From an uncultured Bacilli bacterium (lineage in GTDB: Bacteria > Bacillota_I > Bacilli_A > RF39 > UBA660): a stretch of 64,000 nucleotides of DNA. Positions 37,844 to 46,287 of the stretch are shown piece after piece. How positions within the stretch are numbered: position 1 is the stretch's first letter; the number at the start of each line of letters is the position of its first letter. Under the pieces are notes generated by a model. That model did not search any database. It saw only the letters and a list, made by a program, of their open reading frames with translations, and had not been told where the DNA came from. Made by a program: the position numbers and the translations under genes. The stretch lies in the NCBI GenBank assembly GCA_934167875.1, contig CAKPMC010000005.1:882-64881 (forward strand), in the 5' to 3' direction.

Positions 37844-38959
37844 TTATCCCGCCTTTTCATTTATAGTTCCATGGTCAACCACAAAAATTTTAGAGTTTTT
37901 AATAATTTTTTTATTAATATTTTTTAAATCAGTCGTAGTAATAATAGTTTGTATATTATCAGGTATATATTTTATTAAAGCATTTCTTTTTTCGATATCA
38001 AGTTCACTAAAAATATCATCTAGTAATAAAATAGGACTATCATTTTTTTCATCAATGAATATTTGAACTTCTGATAGTTTAAAAGCAATTATAGCTAATC
38101 GTTTTTGACCCTGTGATGCATAAAATTTCATATTTTGTTTATCTATATAGAATGAAAAATCATCTCGATGTGGTCCATATAAAGTCATACCCTGTGATAA
38201 TTCTCTTTTAAAATTAGTTTTAAGTTTATGATAAAACTTATTTTTAATACTTTCTTCATCAAATTTATCTAGTTCTAAACTATTTTCATATAAAATATTA
38301 AGTCCATTAATATTCATTATATTTTTATATATATTACCTATTCTATTATTTACTTGATCTAAATACTGTTTTCTATATTTATAAATTAAAACAGCCCTAT
38401 CAACTAGTTTTTCATTTATTATATCTAAATATCTATTATCAGTAAGTCCATTAATAGACATTTGTTTTAAGTATTCATTTCTAGTTTTTAAAATTTTATT
38501 ATACTCATTTAAATAAGTAACATACATAGGATATAATTGACTAATTTGTGTATTTAATAAGTTTCTTCTAACTTGAGGAGAACCATTTATTATATCCAAA
38601 TCAGTTGGACTAAACATAATTACATTCATATTTGAAATATAAGAAGATATTTTTTTTATTTCTTTATTATTTACAAAAACTTTTTTACTATCTAAAAGAA
38701 ATTTAACCTCTAATTCTAATAATTTACTACTATTTCTTAATAATCCTTTAACACCACCTGACTGATAACCATCTTTAATAATATTATTTTCAAAACCTAA
38801 ACGATGTGATTTTGTAAGTGCAAGTATATAAATACTTTCTATTATATTTGTTTTTCCTTGAGCATTATTTCCTATAAAAATATTTGTTTTGTCACATAAT
38901 TTTATTGTTTCTTTTTTGTAATTACGAAATTGATTTACTTCTAATTTTGATAAATACAT
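37844..38959 (-). CDS. recF: DNA replication and repair protein RecF
   Basis: Walker [10 protein letters not shown] and [11 protein letters not shown]. Start refined to MYLSKLEV (ATG at 38959, 6 nt after GAGG). Confidence 0.93.
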   Translation of the reverse strand: MYLSKLEVNQFRNYKKETIKLCDKTNIFIGNNAQGKTNIIESIYILALTKSHRLGFENNIIKDGYQSGGVKGLLRNSSKLLELEVKFLLDSKKVFVNNKEIKKISSYISNMNVIMFSPTDLDIINGSPQVRRNLLNTQISQLYPMYVTYLNEYNKILKTRNEYLKQMSINGLTDNRYLDIINEKLVDRAVLIYKYRKQYLDQVNNRIGNIYKNIMNINGLNILYENSLELDKFDEESIKNKFYHKLKTNFKRELSQGMTLYGPHRDDFSFYIDKQNMKFYASQGQKRLAIIAFKLSEVQIFIDEKNDSPILLLDDIFSELDIEKRNALIKYIPDNIQTIITTTDLKNINKKIIKNSKIFVVDHGTINEKAG

Positions 38960-39054
38960 AAAAAACCTCAAAAAAACTCATATAATCACCTTTTGTACCT
39001 TTTTGTACTCCTATACCTACACATATATTATAACATAATACAGGCTTAAAAACA

Positions 39055-39083
39055 CAAAAAAAGAGAATTTTATCTCTTTTTTT
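39055..39083 (-). terminator. Intrinsic terminator downstream of the comK-like gene
   Basis: AAAAAGAGA / TCTCTTTTT stem with A/T runs on both sides. Confidence 0.65.
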
Positions 39084-39085
39084 AT

Positions 39086-39538
39086 CTATATTTTAGTTAA
39101 TTTTCTCTCATTTAAAATCAAATTAAGTCTAGAAGCTCTCATAACCTGATTTTCTATTGATTTTTTTGACATATTTGTCTTTATTTTTTGACCATTTTTA
39201 AGAACTATATATGTAATATTATCAGTTTTTTCAACATTCTTATACCACTTTAAAGCTATCCATATACAATCACTGTTTTCTGGTGAAGTAATTGGAAAAA
39301 AAATCATTTCTGAACTTTCTTCTACTATAATTGGTAATTTATAATTTGCTCCTAACATTCTTTTACTTCCATCTACTCTGCCAGAATAAGAGCTTCCAAA
39401 ATACTGACAAGAATAATCCATTACTTCATAACTACTGTTTGATAACTTATATTCATTATTTTTTTCATAAACTTTTGAATTATTTTTATCAATTCCTAAT
39501 ACTGCCATTGTTTCATCATTTACTTCATACTCTTTCAT
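39086..39538 (-). CDS. comK: ComK family competence transcription factor-like protein
   Basis: ComK hallmarks YEVN..T.AV, SCQYFGSSYSGR, KLPIIV, IFFPITSP, C.WI and ENQVMRASRL. ATG at 39538 follows GGGGGA. Confidence 0.75.
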   Translation of the reverse strand: MKEYEVNDETMAVLGIDKNNSKVYEKNNEYKLSNSSYEVMDYSCQYFGSSYSGRVDGSKRMLGANYKLPIIVEESSEMIFFPITSPENSDCIWIALKWYKNVEKTDNITYIVLKNGQKIKTNMSKKSIENQVMRASRLNLILNERKLTKI

Positions 39539-39621
39539 ATTATTTCCCCCTGCAATCAAATTGCAAGTCATACTATAACAGTATAATTAGTCGAAAATAA
39601 TCGAAAAATGTCATATTATAT

Positions 39622-39653
39622 AAAAAAATAAAAAGTGAAAAAATTCACTTTTT
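39622..39653 (-). terminator. Intrinsic terminator downstream of dnaN
   Basis: AAAAGTGAA-AAAA-TTCACTTTT hairpin followed by a T-rich run on the minus strand. Confidence 0.75.
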
Positions 39654-39657
39654 AATC

Positions 39658-40779
39658 TTAATATGTTCTAATTGGTAATACTAATTGTGTTAATCCTTCA
39701 TCTTTACTTGAATTTAAGATAATAGGTTTTACTTCTCCAACAAATGAAATACTTACTTGTTCATCATTAAATGATTTTAAAGCTTCCATCATATACTTAG
39801 CTACAAATGATATTCTTAAATTTTCATCATTATCTTTTTCTATGTTCATTTTTTCTTCTACTCTACCTATTTCAGCAGAACTGCTTCTAACAAATAATTT
39901 ATTACCTTCTATTTCAAATGTAACTATATTCTTTTCCTTATCACTAGTTAAAATACTAGCACGATCAATTACATTATATAACTCATTAACATTAACTTTA
40001 ATAGCTAATAAGAATTCATCTGGTAATAAATTAGCTGTATTAGGATAAGTACCACTAATTAATCTAGATTGAAATAATATATTTTGATACTTTATTAATA
40101 CCTTATTATTAAATATATGTAACTCTACTTTTTCATCACTATCATCCATTATTTTAATAAATTCTAATAAATTTTTACTAGGTATTACTATATTATAATT
40201 ATCTTCTACTGCATTATCTAATGTTATTATTCTTCTAGCTAAACGGTATGAGTCAGTTGAATTACATTCCATTACGTTACCAACTATCTTAAAATTAATC
40301 CCAGTTAAAATAGGTCTAGATTCATCACTAGAAGAAGCAAAAGAAGTTTGATAAATAATACTTCTAAATGTTCTACTATCTATTGCTAATGGGTTTTTGC
40401 TTAAATCTAAATTAATACTTGGATATTCATTTTTATTAATACCATTTAAATTAAATTCACTATTATCTGTGTAAATAGTTATTTTTAATTCATCAATTAC
40501 TTCAATATTAATAAATTCATCTGGTAATTTACGTACTATATCAAGAATATATTTACCTTGAATAATAATACTTCCTTCTTTTTCAACTTCCATATCATCT
40601 GTTTTATCAATAAATACTTGTATAGTAATATCATTATCACTCGCTGTAAGTAATAAACCATTACTTGTCAAATCAAATTTAATTCCAGATAATACAGGAA
40701 CTAAATTTCTACTTGATAAAGCTTTTGAAACTTTATTTAATCCATCTAATAACACTTCTTTTTTAATTTTTAATTTCAT
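39658..40779 (-). CDS. dnaN: DNA polymerase III beta sliding clamp
   Basis: 373 aa with a three-domain clamp pattern. Lies immediately downstream of dnaA. C-terminal sequence LVLPIRTY. Confidence 0.95.
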   Translation of the reverse strand: MKLKIKKEVLLDGLNKVSKALSSRNLVPVLSGIKFDLTSNGLLLTASDNDITIQVFIDKTDDMEVEKEGSIIIQGKYILDIVRKLPDEFINIEVIDELKITIYTDNSEFNLNGINKNEYPSINLDLSKNPLAIDSRTFRSIIYQTSFASSSDESRPILTGINFKIVGNVMECNSTDSYRLARRIITLDNAVEDNYNIVIPSKNLLEFIKIMDDSDEKVELHIFNNKVLIKYQNILFQSRLISGTYPNTANLLPDEFLLAIKVNVNELYNVIDRASILTSDKEKNIVTFEIEGNKLFVRSSSAEIGRVEEKMNIEKDNDENLRISFVAKYMMEALKSFNDEQVSISFVGEVKPIILNSSKDEGLTQLVLPIRTY

Positions 40780-40921
40780 ATATATTCCTTCTTTCTTAAA
40801 TAGTTATTATTATTATTATTACTGTGGAAACTGTGTATAAGTGTCATCCAACCTTATTTTATCACATTTTTACTAAAATTTACCTGTGGAAAAAAAGTTT
40901 TAAATTTGCATTTTATCCACA
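40780..40921. promoter_or_regulatory. oriC, dnaA-dnaN half (incC-like), with DnaA boxes and trio repeat
   Basis: DnaA boxes at 40823-40831 (GTTTCCACA, minus), 40832-40840 (TTATACACA, minus), 40885-40893 (TTTTCCACA, minus) and 40913-40921 (TTATCCACA, plus). A (TAA)6 repeat sits at 40804-40821. Confidence 0.85.
40804..40821 (-). repeat. (TAA)x6 trinucleotide repeat, candidate DnaA-trio array
   Basis: The plus strand shows (TTA)x6. On the minus strand the order is TTATACACA-GTTTCCACA-G-(TAA)6. Confidence 0.6.
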
Positions 40922-42331
40922 CTATACTATTTCTTTCTTTAATTTTTCAATAATATTAGCTAATTCTTTATTAGTTGCTATTTCATTTTCTATTTTTTCC
41001 ACGGAGTGCATAACTGTTGAATGATCTTTACCACCAAACTCAATTCCTATTTTAGGAAATGACTCATTTGTGAGTTTCCTACATAAATACATTGCTACTT
41101 GTCTTGGAAATGCTAAATTAGCACTTCTTTTCTTTGACTTCATATCTTCAACTGATACCTGAAAGTATTCAGCAACAATTCTTTGTATTCTATTAACACT
41201 ATTTTTTTCACTATATCCTTTATTTACAAAGTCTTTTAATACATCAACCGCCAGATCTAATGTTATTTCTGCACCACCCATGATAGTTGAATAAGCAAGT
41301 AGTCTTGTAATTGAACCTTCTAGATGTCTAACATCGCTACCAACATTAGAAGCAATATATTCAATAACATCATCAGGTATATTTTTATTCAACGACTCCC
41401 CTATTATCTTTTTCTTGATGATTGCTACTCTTAAATCAAAATCCGGTGGAAATATATCAGCGGTTAATCCCCAACAAAATCTAGTTCTTAACCTATCTTC
41501 TAATAGTTTTAAGTCATCTGGAGAACGATCAGATGAAATAATTATTTGTTTATTTTCATCGTAAAGCTTAGTAAATGTATTAAAAAACTCATTCTGTGTT
41601 TGCGGTGCGCCTTGAAAAAATTGAATATCATCTACTATTAATACATCAATACTCCTATATTTATTTTTAAAATAACTAACATAATCAAAGTTTTTGCCAT
41701 TTTCATCCTTTTTATTAATACCTAAGAAATCAGTTATAAATTGATCACTTGATACATATAAAACCTTTTTATTAGAATGTTCTGTTATATAATTACCAAT
41801 TGCATGCATTAAATGTGTCTTCCCTAATCCACTATTTCCATATATAAATAAAGGATTATATAAAACACCAGGATTTTCGGCAACTTCAAGTGCAGCAGCT
41901 TGTGCAAATTTATTTGTATTCCCTACTATAAAATTTTCAAAAGTATAATTTTTATTAAGATTTGAACAGAAATTGTTAATAACATTACTATTATCTATAC
42001 TCTTTCCATCGTTATCAACATTATTGTGGATATACATAGGATTTATATTATCATTACTAGTATTTTCATTTTCTAATTCATCTATTTCTTCTTTAGTATA
42101 GAATTCAATATCAATATTATCACCTACAACATTACTTAGGTTATCTACTATTAATTCATAATATTTAGTAGCCAAATGTTTTTTATACATAGCCATTGGC
42201 ACTATTATTTTGCATACACCATCTTTATATTCATATAATTCTGTATTTTTAAACCAGGTTTCAAACGATAAGGGGTTTAATTCATTTTTAATAACGTTTA
42301 AAAAATTAGCCCAAATAATTTTTGTATTCAT
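40922..42331 (-). CDS. dnaA: Chromosomal replication initiator protein DnaA
   Basis: Walker A GNSGLGKTHL, VDDIQF and the C-terminal DNA-binding domain GGKDHSTVMHS. RBS GGGGGGA. Confidence 0.97.
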   Translation of the reverse strand: MNTKIIWANFLNVIKNELNPLSFETWFKNTELYEYKDGVCKIIVPMAMYKKHLATKYYELIVDNLSNVVGDNIDIEFYTKEEIDELENENTSNDNINPMYIHNNVDNDGKSIDNSNVINNFCSNLNKNYTFENFIVGNTNKFAQAAALEVAENPGVLYNPLFIYGNSGLGKTHLMHAIGNYITEHSNKKVLYVSSDQFITDFLGINKKDENGKNFDYVSYFKNKYRSIDVLIVDDIQFFQGAPQTQNEFFNTFTKLYDENKQIIISSDRSPDDLKLLEDRLRTRFCWGLTADIFPPDFDLRVAIIKKKIIGESLNKNIPDDVIEYIASNVGSDVRHLEGSITRLLAYSTIMGGAEITLDLAVDVLKDFVNKGYSEKNSVNRIQRIVAEYFQVSVEDMKSKKRSANLAFPRQVAMYLCRKLTNESFPKIGIEFGGKDHSTVMHSVEKIENEIATNKELANIIEKLKKEIV

Positions 42332-42612
42332 TATTATTATCCCCCCTGACTAAAGATAATTTCAAATTGCAAGTCTTATTCTAACTTAAAATTGTGGAAA
42401 AATAAATAGTTATTTTTATCTTTTTTTTAATTCACAGTTTATCAACAGTTTTTTCCACAAATATAAACCTTATATATATTGAATATATCACACTTTTCCA
42501 CAAATTTAAAAAAATAACTAATCACAAGGTTAATAAAGTTATAAACAAGACTGTGGAAATAGTGGAAAATTACATTTATAATGTGGAAAATGAATATTTT
42601 TTTATGAAATAA
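42332..42612. promoter_or_regulatory. oriC, dnaA-upstream half (incA/B-like) DnaA-box cluster
   Basis: Boxes at 42393-42401, 42439-42447 (TTATCAACA), 42451-42459, 42494-42502, 42552-42560, 42561-42569 and 42582-42590. Most are the TTTTCCACA variant, in both orientations, in AT-rich DNA. Confidence 0.85.
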
Positions 42613-42642
42613 TTGACAAAACCTAATATTTATTATTATAAT
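42613..42642 (+). promoter_or_regulatory. Promoter of rpmH-rnpA
   Basis: TTGACA, an 18-nt spacer, then TATAAT. Confidence 0.65.
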
Positions 42643-42673
42643 AATGTAGATTTTATGTCTGGAGGTGGAAACT

Positions 42674-42796
42674 ATGAAAAGAACTTATCAACCAAATAAT
42701 CGTAAGATGAAAAAAGCACATGGATTTTTTTCAAGAGTTAAAGGTAACGTATTAAAGAAAAGAAGAGCAAAAGGTCGTAAAAGATTATCTAAATAA
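42674..42796 (+). CDS. rpmH: 50S ribosomal protein L34
   Basis: Below the ORF-track size cut-off. Hand translation gives [51 protein letters not shown]. Confidence 0.9.
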   Translation: MKRTYQPNNRKMKKAHGFFSRVKGNVLKKRRAKGRKRLSK

Positions 42797-42825
42797 AAAA
42801 TGCCACAATTATGTGGTTTTTTTTG
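42797..42825 (+). terminator. Weak intrinsic terminator/attenuator after rpmH
   Basis: CCACA-ATTA-TGTGG hairpin followed by a T8 run. Confidence 0.5.
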
Positions 42826-42855
42826 CTTTTTAATAGAAATAGAATAGGTGATGAT

Positions 42856-43185
42856 ATGAAAAAAATAAATATCATAAAAAAAACACAAGATTTTGAATAT
42901 ATTATGCATAATGGCAGATTACTTAAAAATAATTATTATATTATATATACAGCTCCTAAAATGTCAGAATATTATCGTTTTGGTCTTTCTGTAGGTAAAA
43001 AGATATCAAATAGAGCCGTAGTTAGGAATAAACTAAAAAGAATGCTAAAAAGTATCATTGATAATAATAAAAATATCTATCAAAAAGATCGAGATTATAT
43101 TATAATAATGAAGAGAAGTTGTTTAGAAGCAAGTTATCAAGAACTAGAAAATAGCTTCATTGATATAATTAAGAAGATAAGATAA
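42856..43185 (+). CDS. rnpA: Ribonuclease P protein component
   Basis: Start refined to MKKINIIKK (AGGTGA RBS). Motifs FGLSVGKK and RNR-type AVVRNKLKR. Confidence 0.9.
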   Translation: MKKINIIKKTQDFEYIMHNGRLLKNNYYIIYTAPKMSEYYRFGLSVGKKISNRAVVRNKLKRMLKSIIDNNKNIYQKDRDYIIIMKRSCLEASYQELENSFIDIIKKIR

Positions 43186-43195
43186 GGAGATTTAA

Positions 43196-44122
43196 ATGAA
43201 TAGAAATAATAAAAAAGTAATAGTATTAGCAGTTTTATTACTATTATTAACAACAGGATGTACAAAAACATTAAAGGGTAGTGATAAAAAAGTTGTTACT
43301 AATCCTGAAACAGGTCAAAGTTTAACTGAAAATATACTTTGTAGGCCAGAAAATGAAAAAACTATTAAAGCATACGAAGATAATGGTGTAGATTTAACAA
43401 AATATCCAAAATGTAGTGAATTTAAAGTTACAAGTGGTGGTTATGAAGGTTTGTGGGATAGTATTTTTGTAAAACCATTAGCTTTTGTAATACTATGGTT
43501 TGCTAAATACGTAAAAAGTGCAGCTTTAGCCTTAATAATAACAAGTATTATTATTAGATTAATTGCATATCCAGTAACTAAAAAAACCGCAATGCAATCA
43601 GAATTATTAAAGAAAGCGCAACCAGAATTAGAAAAGTTAGAAAAGAAATATGCAAATAAAACTGATCAAGAATCTATAATGAGAAAAAGTCAAGAAATGA
43701 CTATGATTTATAAAAAATATAATATAAACCCAATTTCAGGATGTTTATATGGATTTATCCAATTACCATTATTCATAGCTTTCTTAGAAGCAATTAATCG
43801 TGTACCTGCATTATTTGAAGAAAACTTTTTAGGCTTACAGTTAGGTACAACACCTTCAGTTGGATTGTTAAGTCAAGGAAATTGGTTATATATCATCTTA
43901 ATTTTATTAGTAGGATTAACTACTTATTTCTCATTCAGTCTTAATAAAACAACAGCTGAATCTAGCAGTAGTCCAATGAAAAATATGTCAACAACTATGA
44001 CAATAATGATTATAGTAATGGGATTCTTTATGCCAGCAGCTTTATGTATTTATTGGATAACAACCAACTTATTTACTGTAATTCAAAATTTAATTGTAAA
44101 AAGGAGTAAAGAAGTATGTTAG
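43196..44122 (+). CDS. yidC: Membrane protein insertase YidC/SpoIIIJ (lipoprotein form)
   Basis: Lipobox LLTTGC, five TM helices and the YidC core (PLFIAF, WITTNLFT). Confidence 0.92.
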   Translation: MNRNNKKVIVLAVLLLLLTTGCTKTLKGSDKKVVTNPETGQSLTENILCRPENEKTIKAYEDNGVDLTKYPKCSEFKVTSGGYEGLWDSIFVKPLAFVILWFAKYVKSAALALIITSIIIRLIAYPVTKKTAMQSELLKKAQPELEKLEKKYANKTDQESIMRKSQEMTMIYKKYNINPISGCLYGFIQLPLFIAFLEAINRVPALFEENFLGLQLGTTPSVGLLSQGNWLYIILILLVGLTTYFSFSLNKTTAESSSSPMKNMSTTMTIMIIVMGFFMPAALCIYWITTNLFTVIQNLIVKRSKEVC

Positions 44123-44730
44123 TAAAAAATAGATATAGTGGTAAAACTAGAGAAGAAGCAATAAATAATGCGAAAATAGCTCTTCAAGAGTTAGAAAAAG
44201 ACTTATATATCAAAGAAGTAGAAGTAAAGAATGGTTTATTTAATAAAAAAGTTGAAATAGAAGTAATTAGACATGATGATGTAATTGAATATATTAAAGA
44301 ATATTTAAAAGAATTAATTACTAATATGGGACTTACTTGTAATTTAGAAGTAAAAAAACGTGAAAATGGTGTAAATATTACAGTTATTTCTGATAATAAT
44401 TCTATCTTAATTGGAAAAAATGGTAGAACTTTAACAGCTTTAAATCTAGTATTAAAACAAACAATATATAATGAAATAGGCGAATATTTTCCATTTAATT
44501 TAGATATTGGTGAATATAAATTAGCTCGTGAACATAAATTAGAATCTCTTGCTAAGCGTACTGCTAGAGAAGTTGCTTCTTCAAAAGTAGCCGCAAAATT
44601 AGATCCAATGAATTCTTATGAAAGAAGAATTATTCATACTGTTTTAGCAGATAATAAAAAAGTAATTACAGAAAGTGAAGGCGAGGAACCTAATCGCTAT
44701 GTAGTTATTAAACCCAAGGAAGATGAATAA
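44116..44730 (+). CDS. jag: RNA-binding protein Jag/KhpB (KH plus R3H)
   Basis: KH-like segment GKNGRTLTALN and R3H segment SYERRIIH. Synteny after yidC supports the call. Confidence 0.85.
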   Translation: MLVKNRYSGKTREEAINNAKIALQELEKDLYIKEVEVKNGLFNKKVEIEVIRHDDVIEYIKEYLKELITNMGLTCNLEVKKRENGVNITVISDNNSILIGKNGRTLTALNLVLKQTIYNEIGEYFPFNLDIGEYKLAREHKLESLAKRTAREVASSKVAAKLDPMNSYERRIIHTVLADNKKVITESEGEEPNRYVVIKPKEDE

Positions 44731-44788
44731 TCTTCTTTTCTTTTTCTAAAAAAAATGATAGTATATGCTATATAAAGGAGGTGTTACT

Positions 44789-46144
44789 ATGAATGATACA
44801 ATTGCTGCAATTTCAACTACTTTAGGAGTAGGTGCTATTTCTATTATTAGAGTAAGTGGAAATAATGCCATAAAAATAGTAAATAAGATATTTAAAGGTA
44901 AAAATTTAGAAAAAGTAGAAACGCATACCATTAACTATGGACATATTGTAGATAAAGCTGAAATAATTGATGAAGTATTAGTATCAGTTATGAAATCTCC
45001 TAAAACTTTCACAACAGAAGATGTTGTAGAAATTAATTGCCATGGAGGTATTTCTACTACCAATAAAGTTTTGGAACTTGTATTAAATAATGGGGCAAGA
45101 CTAGCAGAACCTGGTGAATTTACAAAAAGAGCTTTTTTAAATGGCAGAATAGATTTAACTCAAGCAGAATCTGTAATGGATTTAATTAATTCGAAGAATG
45201 AATCTAAAAGAAAAGTAGCCATCAAAGGCTTAAATGGTTATGTTAGTAATATTATTAGAAATTTAAGACAAGAAATACTAGAGTTACTTGCATCAATTGA
45301 AGTAAATATTGATTACCCAGAATATGAAGATGCAATTGTGATGACTAATGATATCGTAAAGCCAAAGATTACTGAAATAAAAGAAAAATTAACTAACATT
45401 ATTAATGAATCTGAAAACGGTAAGATTCTAACTAGTGGTATTAAAACTATCATTATTGGAAAACCAAATGTAGGAAAGAGTAGTATTTTAAATAGATTAT
45501 TAGATGAAGAAAAAGCAATTGTTACCGATATTGAAGGAACAACTCGTGATACAGTAGAAGGTTCTATTACGATTAATGGAGTATCTTTAAATATTATCGA
45601 TACAGCTGGTATTCGTGAAACAGAAGATATTGTAGAAAAAATAGGAGTAGAAAAGAGTTTAAGTTTAATTAATGAAGCTGATTTAATTATTATTGTTTTA
45701 AATAATAATGAAGAATTATCAGAAGAAGATAAGAAAATACTAACTGCTTGCAAAGATAAAAAGGTAATTGTCGTTATTAACAAAAGTGATTTAGAAAGAA
45801 AAATAAATTTAGATGATATTAAATATCAGAATATTGTTTATACAAATACAATTGATTTAAATGGTATAAATTCTTTAAAAGAAAAAATAGTAGAATTATT
45901 TAATTTAAATGAACTTGAACAACAAGATTACACTTATCTAAGTAATGTAAGACAAATTTCACTAGCAAAAGAGGCATATCAAATTTTAGAAGAAGTAAAT
46001 AATGGCATAAAAAATGAAGTCCCAGTCGATATGATAGAAATTGATATTAAGCGTGCTTGGGAGAAACTTGGTGAAATAATAGGTGAAACTTATACCGAAG
46101 AATTAATTGACCAATTATTTAGTCAGTTCTGTTTAGGTAAATAA
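44789..46144 (+). CDS. mnmE: tRNA modification GTPase MnmE
   Basis: G1 motif GKPNVGKSS, DTAGIR, NKSD and C-terminal FCLGK. Start refined to MNDTIAAIST after AAGGAGG. Confidence 0.95.
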   Translation: MNDTIAAISTTLGVGAISIIRVSGNNAIKIVNKIFKGKNLEKVETHTINYGHIVDKAEIIDEVLVSVMKSPKTFTTEDVVEINCHGGISTTNKVLELVLNNGARLAEPGEFTKRAFLNGRIDLTQAESVMDLINSKNESKRKVAIKGLNGYVSNIIRNLRQEILELLASIEVNIDYPEYEDAIVMTNDIVKPKITEIKEKLTNIINESENGKILTSGIKTIIIGKPNVGKSSILNRLLDEEKAIVTDIEGTTRDTVEGSITINGVSLNIIDTAGIRETEDIVEKIGVEKSLSLINEADLIIIVLNNNEELSEEDKKILTACKDKKVIVVINKSDLERKINLDDIKYQNIVYTNTIDLNGINSLKEKIVELFNLNELEQQDYTYLSNVRQISLAKEAYQILEEVNNGIKNEVPVDMIEIDIKRAWEKLGEIIGETYTEELIDQLFSQFCLGK

Positions 46145-46189
46145 AATCAAAAAAATGTTATATCAATACAAAAATTGTAATTTAAAATC

Positions 46190-46220
46190 AAAAATTATTT
46201 CCCGGGAAATAATTTTTTTC
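46190..46220 (+). terminator. NBS-containing hairpin positioned as the mnmE terminator
   Basis: AAAAATTATTTCC-CGG-GAAATAATTTTT perfect palindrome followed by more Ts, 46 nt after the mnmE stop. Confidence 0.6.
46196..46211. promoter_or_regulatory. Noc-binding site (NBS) palindrome
   Basis: TATTTCCCGGGAAATA matches at 16 of 16 positions. Confidence 0.8.
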
Positions 46221-46287
46221 TATTTCTAGTAAAAAAATTCAAAATATAGTGTATAATAATTCCAGAAAAAAGAGGAAGTGTATCAAA

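Noticed and set aside
40824-41024. A 66-aa plus-strand ORF spanning the dnaA-dnaN spacer
   Set aside because: It starts inside the DnaA-box pair of oriC, runs into the antisense strand of the dnaA 3' end, and has no RBS.
42674-42796. L34 is only 40 aa (typical about 44), which could indicate a pseudogene
   Set aside because: The reading frame is intact with a good RBS, promoter and terminator, and both conserved basic ends are present. The difference is a small internal deletion compatible with function.
42688-42909. A 73-aa minus-strand ORF between oriC and rnpA
   Set aside because: It is antisense to rpmH, which is clearly encoded on the plus strand at 42674-42796 with RBS, promoter and terminator, and to the 5' end of rnpA.
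45313-45783. The longest antisense ORF (156 aa), opposite mnmE
   Set aside because: It lies entirely within the mnmE G-domain coding region. Its composition (Ser/Ile/Phe/Leu) mirrors the Glu/Lys/Asn-rich sense strand, and it has no start context.
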